Below, piece after piece: positions 24,210-32,837 of a stretch of 44,132 nucleotides of DNA. This stretch comes from Mitosporidium daphniae. Taxonomy: Eukaryota. The notes below the pieces were generated by a model. It was not told the DNA's origin and made no database searches. It saw nothing but the letters and a program-made list of their open reading frames with translations. A program made the translations under genes and the position numbers. How positions within the stretch are numbered: the first letter of the stretch is position 1; every line of letters begins with the position of its first letter. The stretch is taken from positions 1 through 44,132 of the forward strand of contig NW_013546478.1 of the NCBI RefSeq assembly GCF_000760515.2, read 5' to 3'.

Positions 24210-25541
24210 ATGAATTTATCAAATAATATTGCACTTTTCTTTTTCATGATTGCCTTATTTTTCTCTTATTCTTCCACCGAGGCCCCAGGTATTGCTAACG
24301 CTTCACCTGGAGCTGATTCTGGCAAGGAGGCAAGCCAGATAAACCAGGCAAACCAAGCTAGCCAGGCAAACCAAGCCAGCCAGGCAAACCAGGCAAACCA
24401 AGCAAACCAGACTAGCTCTATTTTATATAAAAGAAAGGTGTGTACTAGAATGGATAAATTGCCTTTCTGCGTTGAGCTTAAAGCCAAGTTTCCATGCAAT
24501 GGAAATACATCCAACTTTAAGCCTCAAGATCCTTCCAAGCAGATTCAAAAATCTGCAGCCCCTTTGGCCCAAGAGCCAGCGACTTCTCAACAAGCTATAT
24601 CCACATTTTCAGAAGAGGCGAGCCTCTCCATGCCTCAAAATCCCATTGGCCAGCAATCCAGCAATTTTTCATCAAATCCCTCTTCTCAGGCTTCTCAAGC
24701 TCCTCAAGCAGCTCAGGCTATTCAAGCTTCTCAGACTAATAAAACTTCTCAAGCAGCTCAGGCTATTCAAGCTTCTCAGACTAATAAAACTTCTCAAGCA
24801 GCTCAGGCTATTCAAGCTTCTCAGACTAATAAAACTTCTCAAGCAGCTCAGGCTATTCAAGCTTCTCAGACTAATAAAACTTCTCAGACTGCTAAAGCTT
24901 CTCAAGTTGCTTCAAATGCTTCAATACCCACCAGTAATACAACATCCATGTCTGAAAAGCCCTCGATATCTAACAGCAGCTCTGCTTTGGTTTCGCAAGC
25001 ATCCCAAAATGCCTCTGTCTTGAGAAATGAAACATCTGTAGCAGTGAATGCGACCACCGCTAGCAAATCTACTACCCCTAAAAAAGCTCCTTGCGCTAAA
25101 AAATCTTCAACTAGCGCTTCCTTGACAACAAGAAACTCCACCGATGAAAAGTCCATATCAAGTGAGGTCTCTGCAGCATCATCATCTCTATCTAATTGCA
25201 CAAAGTGCAGCAAAAAGCAATCCAAAGAAAATTCCGCAGAGAACAAAAATCCGATTATACTATCCACAAAAGCCGTAGATATCAAAGCGACAAATACAAC
25301 TCCAGGCGCCCAAGCTAATGATAAGACTCCTTCTGCAGAGGTTAAGACGTCTTCTGCAGAGGTTAAACCGCCTTCTACACAAGTTAAACCGTCTTCTGCA
25401 GATGTTTTTCCAATACCCTTGTATGGCCAGGCGAAAGATGCTTCTAAAGATAAACCAGCGTATTCAAAGAAAGCCTCTCCTTTCGAAGTACCTACCGATC
25501 CAAAGGAACCTATTGGTGCTGAAAAGAAACAGATGATTTAG
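24210..25541 (+). CDS. Secreted Ser/Ala/Gln/Thr-rich repeat glycoprotein with Cys clusters (mucin-like)
   Basis: Signal peptide MNLSNNIALFFFMIALFFSYSST; QAN/QAS 9-bp repeats; 45-bp repeats; CTRMDKLPFC...FPC and CTKC; intronless; TATAAATA at 24170. Confidence 0.82.
   Translation: MNLSNNIALFFFMIALFFSYSSTEAPGIANASPGADSGKEASQINQANQASQANQASQANQANQANQTSSILYKRKVCTRMDKLPFCVELKAKFPCNGNTSNFKPQDPSKQIQKSAAPLAQEPATSQQAISTFSEEASLSMPQNPIGQQSSNFSSNPSSQASQAPQAAQAIQASQTNKTSQAAQAIQASQTNKTSQAAQAIQASQTNKTSQAAQAIQASQTNKTSQTAKASQVASNASIPTSNTTSMSEKPSISNSSSALVSQASQNASVLRNETSVAVNATTASKSTTPKKAPCAKKSSTSASLTTRNSTDEKSISSEVSAASSSLSNCTKCSKKQSKENSAENKNPIILSTKAVDIKATNTTPGAQANDKTPSAEVKTSSAEVKPPSTQVKPSSADVFPIPLYGQAKDASKDKPAYSKKASPFEVPTDPKEPIGAEKKQMI
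24703..24890 (+). repeat. Perfect 45-bp tandem repeat x4 (QAAQAIQASQTNKTS)
   Basis: ctcaagcagctcaggctattcaagcttctcagactaataaaactt at 24703, 24748, 24793, 24838. Confidence 0.97.
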
Positions 25542-25603
25542 GGAGCAACGAACATGATATCTCAATTTATTTAATAAATATGTAAGAGGAGTAAATACAG
25601 GTG

Positions 25604-26746
25604 CTAAAAATCCTCTTCTGAGAGCATCATATCACAGCTTAATAGCTTTTCAAAGCTTTTTGTAACCTGTTTGGACGCTTTAGAAAAATGCAGCAATTTC
25701 TGATGTTAATTCGAAATTCTTACTTTGGCACAAACGATCAGCAAGTTGGAGGCAGGGTCGATGGCCGAGAAAAGATTGTCAAACCTTTCGGTCGAGAATT
25801 CGGAGATTTGGTCATAAACAAGGGTTAGCAAACATGCGACAAACGAACCGTTTTGCGCTATAAATGTCTCTGATCGTGACAACAGCAATAAAAAGGCTTT
25901 CCAGTGATCAAATCCTTCAAAATTATAGCAATGGCAAAAAAGGAGGAAGGAGAACGCTATTTCAGAAAGAATCTCCTTTTTATCTAACATGAAGAAGAAG
26001 CAAATGCCATACCTGACAGATAGACAGTGTCCAGCAGATGTTGGATAAACTTAAAGGTGTCCAAATGAATGGCAGTGATTTCGGACCGCGACTTTCCCGG
26101 CAAATACCCAGAAAGCCGCAGAGAAAGGTTCGGAAATGCAATATAATCGCGATGTGATGCATCGAAAGTATTTGAAAGGCCCTTTTCAAGCTCCATCGAA
26201 TAGATGGAGCAACAAATGGCCGGAATTGAATAGACCGAAACATTGGAATCGGCTTTTAAAATCAGTTGGTTTTTCAAACACCTAGCCAACGTATAGTGTG
26301 TGATGCAACCGGAAAGCTTGCAAAATTTAGGCTCTTGACTATATGCTCCCAAATAGGCATCATACATTGGCATACCTAATGTAAACTACAAAATCGATGG
26401 TACGTTCAATAAGCATTGCCGATTTTGAGCTTTCATATGCTGCTTTCCATTCTTCAGACGCTTTTTCGAACTCTAAAGAGATACACACGCGAGAGCCCTT
26501 ATTTATCCAAAACACAAAAGACTGGCAAAAAGAAGAGGAACACTCGGGTTCCTGTCCAATCGGCTTACTAACGTCATAAAATTAATGACACTACCTCAGT
26601 GTTAGGATGTGTAGGCCAGGTGGGATTAATTTAATTCCTCTAAATGCCGATGTTGTTCGCGTGCAAAAGTAATCAAAAGTTAAAAGGAACGAATGTGGGG
26701 CATCAGGAAAGAACAAAAATGAGCCCAAATCATATTCGTCCAACAT
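25604..26746 (-). CDS. AAR2: U5 snRNP assembly factor AAR2, 4 introns
   Basis: FRGIKLIPPGLH, YDAYLGAY, SEITAIHLDT, EILSEIAFSFLLF, FEGFDHWK; assembled by hand across 24-29 nt introns. Confidence 0.85.
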
Positions 26747-26876
26747 AAATAAAATGCCAATTTAATTACTTTAATGTCCCGGTCGTCTATGGAATGGCCG
26801 CAGTGATGCATTAATGCGTCGATGCATTATTGCTATATAAGAATGCATCAGCATTGCGTTCCCTATTCATTAATCT

Positions 26877-28104
26877 ATGGAGTCGCAACTTGAATCGGAA
26901 GCCTACTCATTTAGTACTGAACATGAGGAAACGCAAAACATTGCATTGGAGGAGGTAGTGCTATTTTGGAGTCATCCATTTAGGATGGAACCTATTTGGC
27001 GGTTGAAGAGCTACAGCACCATGGCGTAAGCATGATGGATATTCAAAAGCTAAAAATGTCCGGCATCTGTTCTGTTAAGGTAAACTGAGCCATCAAATGC
27101 ATAAAAGGGGGTGCAAATGACCACCAGGAAAAATCTGTGCAAGTTGAAAGGAATGTCAGAAGCAAAAGTTGAGGAAATCAAGGAAGTCGCTGCAAAATTG
27201 CTAGATTGCGGGTTTATTACCGCCACCGAGTTAGCTATAAAGAGGCAATGTGTGTTTAAAGTGTCAACCGGAAGTTCTGAACTAGATAGGCTTGTCGGAG
27301 GTACTTTACATCATCTCAAGTAGAGGTGGTATTCAATCAATGTCCATTACGGAAGCATTTGGCGAATTCAGAACGGGAAAAACACAATTATGTTTAACGA
27401 TGTGTATCACGTGTCAGTTGGGAGAGCAAAATACATCGGGGAAGGTATCTGATCATTCCAGTAACATAGGCGGCATACATCGATACAGAGGGAACCTTGT
27501 ACTAAACACCCCATTTACTTGTAGTCGTCCGGAAAGGCTTAAAGAAATAGCCGCCAGATTCAACCTCAATCCAGATGAAGCATTAGAAAACATCATATAT
27601 TCAAGAGCATATAATAGCGAGCATCAAATGGACCTTCTTGCCATATTGGCCGCAAAATTTTCAGAGGAGCCGGGTCGTTTTAAATTGCTGGTATCTAGCG
27701 TTCGATAACATCAGGTAGTTGACTCGATCATTAGTCTATTTCGAACCGATTTCTCGGGGCGAGGAGAGCTTGGAGAGCGGCAGCAACGATTGAATCAAAT
27801 GCTTGCCAGACTGGCCAGGATATCGGAGGAGTATAATGTGGCCGTGTTCATCACAAACCAAATGATGTCAGATCCTGGCGCAGCAATATCGTTTGTTCCG
27901 GATCCGAAAAAACCAATCGGCGGCCATGTGCTCGCACATGCTAGCACCACCAGATTATCCCTAAGAAAAGGTCGTAATGAGACCCGAATTGCAAAAGTGT
28001 ACGACTCGCCAGACATGCCAGAGGTAATTGCTACCAGTCCATACTGCTAGGCTGAAGCAACATATGCCATTGGCCCTGGAGGCATCGAGGATGCTGCCGT
28101 ATGA
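26877..28104 (+). CDS. DMC1: Meiotic recombinase DMC1, 7 introns
   Basis: DMC1-diagnostic [79 protein letters not shown]. Confidence 0.95.
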
Positions 28105-28118
28105 CGCGTGACGCGTCA
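28102..28118. promoter_or_regulatory. Palindrome TGACGCGTgACGCGTCA (two MCB ACGCGT cores / CRE-like), upstream of TATAAA at 28133
   Basis: 17-bp inverted repeat around a central G, overlapping the DMC1 stop and upstream of the next gene; function inferred. Confidence 0.45.
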
Positions 28119-28251
28119 ATCACTCGTATCGGTATAAAGACAGAATTTAATTAAAAATGATTTGCTATTGCTGTGGAGTTTAATTGGTTGATTTGAAACC
28201 ACCCTCCCTACTATTTCATGTATTTGGCCATGGTCACGACACGGTTTCCCC

Positions 28252-29622
28252 ATGTATCAAGCAATTGGCGAAAGTGCAGCTGGACTTTCTCCAATTTCTT
28301 CATGTTTACGTACGCTGTTTGAAGAAGAGCCAGCCCAAAGTGGCGTTGCTTCGCCGGGTGCAATTTCTTGCCCCTATCCGGCCGAAATCGCCCAACGATT
28401 CATTCTTTTATATTCGTCGATGGATAGTTCTTTGGACCAGAATTTCAAATCATACTCCACAAAATTGGGATCCATTTCTCCGAGGAAAAATATCAATGCC
28501 AAATACTTTTGTGTCGGATATGTAGACGCAAACAATGAAGAGTCCTTTACGTTGGAAACTTTCGAGTCCATGATTTGTTCTTCATACCAGCAAAAAAAGC
28601 ATTTTATCATCGCCAGGGTTACCACTTGCGACCCTACAAATTCAAACAAATTGTACTACTCATTCTATTATGGACCCCAATTGAACAGGATCCTGTTTAA
28701 AACGGAAAAGCCTACTGCAAATAGACCGGCATATTTACATCGAATGCATTCCAAAAATCCCCTCAACAATATGGACATCATTGGCGATGTCGAGTATTTC
28801 ATAATTTCGCCAGAAGACGTCGATATCGCCAAGGACCATTGTAATGTTGAGGATGCTTTTTATCTGAAGGCCTCTTTGCTCGATTTAGAGTCTTATTTAA
28901 ACACAGAGAAAGCGACCTCGGGATCGTATCAGACCGATGCTGAGAGCAACGCAAACAACAAAGCATTTGAGTCGGCCATTCTTTATAGGGCACACTATTT
29001 GGCCTCTGACGAGGACTTTCTACGAAGCGTGGAATTGAGAACCTTTTTCAGCCAAAACTCCATCACTGACGACATGTCTTTTTTTGAATACCAACGACCG
29101 GTCAACGATAGATATAACCCTCTTTTATCGACATTCCCATTTGAAACGTACGGGCTTCGTTCAGATGACATCGCCATCAATCCCGAAAGAGTGATGATCG
29201 ACATTTCGACCATCAATCCGGCTGGCTCCAACTTTGCTTGCTTCTCATGTTTTGCCAACAAATCAAAAGAGTTCCATCGCAATTTCTTTGTCCTGGTGAT
29301 AACAAGTTACTTGCTAATTTCTCTCTCCCTGCTAATATTTGTAATACCTAACAGTTTCAAAGGACTGCTTGGAATAGCAATGGTGATAGGGCTATGTGCA
29401 TTGCTCATTATCTTCATAGAAAGCGATCGTATCACGCATACCACATCGGCCGCGGCTGCTTTGATGACGGCTGCTGAGCTTAGACGCCAGGATCAGCCTC
29501 GACCCGAAACCGAGGTTCATCCAATGCGCCCCAGCAACAATCCCATGATGGCTTCATTCCCGCGATCCTCGCTGCCGGAAACGAATGGCCTTGCGCCGAT
29601 GAATCCGATCGCAGTTGTCTAG
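28252..29622 (+). CDS. DUF5092-like protein with two C-terminal TM helices
   Basis: EESFTLETF..., FIIARVTTCDP, YYSFYYGPQLNRILF, RMHSKNPLNNMDIIGDVEYF resemble, from memory, a family found in microsporidia and early-diverging fungi; two hydrophobic segments near the C-terminus. Confidence 0.6.
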   Translation: MYQAIGESAAGLSPISSCLRTLFEEEPAQSGVASPGAISCPYPAEIAQRFILLYSSMDSSLDQNFKSYSTKLGSISPRKNINAKYFCVGYVDANNEESFTLETFESMICSSYQQKKHFIIARVTTCDPTNSNKLYYSFYYGPQLNRILFKTEKPTANRPAYLHRMHSKNPLNNMDIIGDVEYFIISPEDVDIAKDHCNVEDAFYLKASLLDLESYLNTEKATSGSYQTDAESNANNKAFESAILYRAHYLASDEDFLRSVELRTFFSQNSITDDMSFFEYQRPVNDRYNPLLSTFPFETYGLRSDDIAINPERVMIDISTINPAGSNFACFSCFANKSKEFHRNFFVLVITSYLLISLSLLIFVIPNSFKGLLGIAMVIGLCALLIIFIESDRITHTTSAAAALMTAAELRRQDQPRPETEVHPMRPSNNPMMASFPRSSLPETNGLAPMNPIAVV

Positions 29623-29658
29623 AATTATAACTTTGTTAAAATATTTTAAATTTTGTCG

Positions 29659-30553
29659 ATGGCTGGAGATGCCGCAAAAACGCCATTTCATTTGTACTTG
29701 GATGAGACACAATACTTTGGGTTTTACCCTTTAAGCCTGATGGATGATTTTTCCGTCTCATCATACGACATAATATACAGCATTGCAGATAAGTTTATCA
29801 CCATGATCCTTGCTTCGTCCGAGTGCACTAACATTCCGCAACAAGCCATCGAAGAGGTACTTGCTTGTTTATATTTTTAGGGATTGATCAAATTACTTAC
29901 CTTACTCGAATATGCGATGGACAAAAACCTGGATCTTCTAGAGGCATATACGCTTAGAAATGTGTTCAAATTTCCCCAATCCATATATGCGCGCAATTTA
30001 GAGGGAATCCTATGCGTGCTGGTACGAACCATTTTGTCAATGCATAGAAATCGGCAGATGTTACCGAGCACGAGGCTCAAGGTGTAGCATATGCTCTTCT
30101 GCAGCGGCGTAAAGAACGGAAAAGGGCGATCCACCACAACTTGAGACTAAAATATCACCTCAAACTGCTTTCAAAATACAACGATGAATTGGGCAATTTG
30201 CAGTCGCTTATCTCGAGTCGGGAGATGTCCATAGCAGGTTCAAACAACAATGGTGGGCGGTTTTCGTTTTTACTTCAGCTTCGATCGATGCCTTGCTTTG
30301 CAAAACATCCAACCAGATCAATTCTCTATTTCCGCTCATGGGGAAGACATATGCAGTAATTAGCCAACTATTTCCGCTTTCCTCTGGACAGCAGGCATTG
30401 TGTGCTCCCATTTCATCAGCCACAGACCATCACCAAGAGCTGCTTCATTTAAGGAAAATAGGCTCCCTAGATGCTATAAATGTAAGCAGCAACGCATCGC
30501 TAATATGTGCGTAGTGCATACAAAATTTGCTTTCTTCATCTCAGCTTTGTTAA
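29659..30553 (+). CDS. MIS12: Kinetochore protein Mis12/Mtw1, 3-4 introns (stop at 30514 if the last intron is not used)
   Basis: ETQYFGFYPLSLMDD and GLIKLLTLLEYAMDKNLDLLEAYTLRNVFKFP match the Mis12 N-terminal motifs. Confidence 0.82.
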
Positions 30554-30662
30554 TTGCTGGAGTTTCGGGTTTCTTTGAATAAAACTCGACTAACCCCAAG
30601 TTTGGGAAAACATGCCTCATTTAACTGATGTTTATTAAAATAAAGTCTATTTTGACAGGCTG

Positions 30663-31124
30663 CTATTCTTCCATACCGGTTTGATGCCAGAGTTTTCTAA
30701 CGGCCTCAGAGATACCGATGTTTTCGGTGTTGAATTTGTATAGACCGAAAACAGCCACGCCAGTAATAACAATAAGGGATCCCTTGAATATGGTATAAAC
30801 AACGCCAAATTTTCTCTTTGGCAGATAATCCAATATGACTGCAGAGAATCCATTATATATATGAACGGGCAATAAAACCATCAACGAAGCGTCTACAACG
30901 TGTGATGCAGAGGGTAAAGCAATCATAGAGCCAAGTGTAACCATCGTGCCAGCCGCAACGATTCGCTCAAAATACCAATGATACGAGCCATGGAAGGGAT
31001 CCTTCACCTCTGTAGAATAAGACGACACTCCCTTGAAATGATGTGAACGTCGGTGATATTTTATGTTCCTAATATGCGGCAATGTCAATGCCACACAATT
31101 TCTTGAGCAGGATGAAATAAGCAT
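30663..31124 (-). CDS. SDH4: Succinate dehydrogenase small membrane anchor (SDHD/CybS)
   Basis: Presequence-like N-terminus, HGSYHWYFERIVAAG, VHIYNG, ILDYLPKRK, GISEAVRKLW. Confidence 0.93.
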   Translation of the reverse strand: MLISSCSRNCVALTLPHIRNIKYHRRSHHFKGVSSYSTEVKDPFHGSYHWYFERIVAAGTMVTLGSMIALPSASHVVDASLMVLLPVHIYNGFSAVILDYLPKRKFGVVYTIFKGSLIVITGVAVFGLYKFNTENIGISEAVRKLWHQTGMEE

Positions 31125-31173
31125 TCGAATTTATTAAAAAAATCCCCAATTAAATTACAAACAACATGCTGCT

Positions 31174-31500
31174 TTACTCCTCTTCATCCACGCTGCTTTC
31201 AGATTCGGATAGCGAGAAGCTGCAAGTATGATCCAAAATGTTCGCATCTTCAGCATGAATGCCATCCATTGAAGTTGGCTCAGGTGCAGCATCAAGTGGG
31301 GTAGACACCGCCTTGAGCAGCTTTTTGGTTAAAGATTGGCAAATTTCGGTGCGGTGTTCCGATTTAGGCCTGTCGATTTGGTTTAAAGATAGGTTTAGGG
31401 TTGGAACAGAATCCACGCCTGTAATGTATCTGGGCCTTTCGAAAAACTCCGATTCAAGTGGAAAATAATGGGGTTCCTGGGAAGCATCCAATTTTGACAT
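31174..31500 (-). CDS. Small acidic hypothetical protein (108 aa)
   Basis: ORF fills the gap between SDH4 and SUA5, AT-rich promoter tract directly upstream, acidic Ser-rich tail; no family recognised. Confidence 0.6.
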   Translation of the reverse strand: MSKLDASQEPHYFPLESEFFERPRYITGVDSVPTLNLSLNQIDRPKSEHRTEICQSLTKKLLKAVSTPLDAAPEPTSMDGIHAEDANILDHTCSFSLSESESSVDEEE

Positions 31501-31528
31501 CAATAAAAAATTGCAATTAAATTTAAAT

Positions 31529-32674
31529 TTATATAAATAGCTTTTGGAAGGAACAAGTCACTTGCTCAGTGGAAGTTAACACCGAATGTGAGGCTTTTAA
31601 CACTCTGTTCATGACTGCGGAACCTTCGTTGTCGTTGGTAATCGAAAACATTAAAATAAACTTGACATCAAGCGAGTCTAACTTTCGAAGCTTCGCAAAC
31701 AATTCCCTTGCAATGGTTTGATAAGAGGAGCTTGAAAAAGAATCAATGATCAGATGGGGATCAGAGTTGCCGTCAATGTTTTTACAGATCGGCGTGTTCA
31801 AAAGTATGGATCCCCTGATATTCCTCTCCTCGCAGAAGCGTTCGAGTTTGGAAATCAAATCGAGCGTCTGATCATCATCAAAGCAAGTACTTTCCAAAAG
31901 AAAAAGATTAGCTTTCGGGGAATAATGTCTATATTTCATTCCGGGCGAAAGGGATCCCTTTGTGTGTAAAGAGGCTAGAGCGGCATTGGAAATGGGATCA
32001 AGCTCGTTTCCCTTCTCAGGCTGGTATATTTGAACGTTGGGGACAAATTTTCGAAGCATTTCCAAGGTAATGGAACCGGACCTTAAAATCATCGGAGGAT
32101 CAGATAGCAAATTGATAACTGTAGACTCTACACCTTTTGAACAGGGCCCTCCATCCACGATTAATGGAATCCTTTCCTTTAAGTCTTCTAACACGTGAGA
32201 TGCTTCCGTTGGAGAAGGCCTTCCAGAAATGTTGGCAGACGGCGCGGCAAGAGGAAACCCGCATTGATCAATGATTGCTCGTGCTATGGTATTTTCTGGA
32301 AATCTAATGCATACGGTAGAAAGTCCACCTGTAACCTCTTCAGGGATCAAAGAACTCTTACTAAATAAAAAGGTCAACGGGCCGGGCCAAAAGGCCGACA
32401 TTAGCGTTTCAAAAAGGTCAAAGTTTTGCGGCCTTTTAATAAGTGGATATAACATCGACAGGGAAGATATATGCACAATGAGAGGATTGTCTGATGGCCG
32501 GCTTTTTGCCTGGAATATGTGCTTTATCGCAGCGGGTTTGAGCGCATTTGCAGCAAGTCCGTATACGGTTTCCGTTGGAATGGCAACCACCTGGTCATTT
32601 TTGAGCAATTCAACAGCCTCTGATAGGATCTTGGGATCAAAATCCCCATCCACGCGTATTACTTTGGCACCCAT
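31529..32674 (-). CDS. SUA5: Threonylcarbamoyl-AMP synthase Sua5
   Basis: VAIPTETVYGLAANA, AKSRPSDNPLIVH, FWPGPLT, AAPSANISGRPSPT, SPGMKYRHYSP, AVMNRVLKA. Confidence 0.97.
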   Translation of the reverse strand: MGAKVIRVDGDFDPKILSEAVELLKNDQVVAIPTETVYGLAANALKPAAIKHIFQAKSRPSDNPLIVHISSLSMLYPLIKRPQNFDLFETLMSAFWPGPLTFLFSKSSLIPEEVTGGLSTVCIRFPENTIARAIIDQCGFPLAAPSANISGRPSPTEASHVLEDLKERIPLIVDGGPCSKGVESTVINLLSDPPMILRSGSITLEMLRKFVPNVQIYQPEKGNELDPISNAALASLHTKGSLSPGMKYRHYSPKANLFLLESTCFDDDQTLDLISKLERFCEERNIRGSILLNTPICKNIDGNSDPHLIIDSFSSSSYQTIARELFAKLRKLDSLDVKFILMFSITNDNEGSAVMNRVLKASHSVLTSTEQVTCSFQKLFI

Positions 32675-32837
32675 GGACTTCCTTCTTAATTGGTTACAGA
32701 TGAAATTCAGTTTTAAAAAAGCAGCTTAAAGTTGGGATTTTGGAGTTTGACATGATATTTTATTGGCCAGCATTTGGGTTTTTAAAAAAATTGAAATTTC
32801 TCTAACCACCTGGGGACTGTTTTCCCTTATCGCCTCC

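Noticed and set aside
24472..25023. Leu/Lys-rich alternative-frame ORF (LLRLIKLLKQ repeats) and antisense SLRS ORF
   Set aside because: Shadow frames of the 45-bp repeat, no independent start context
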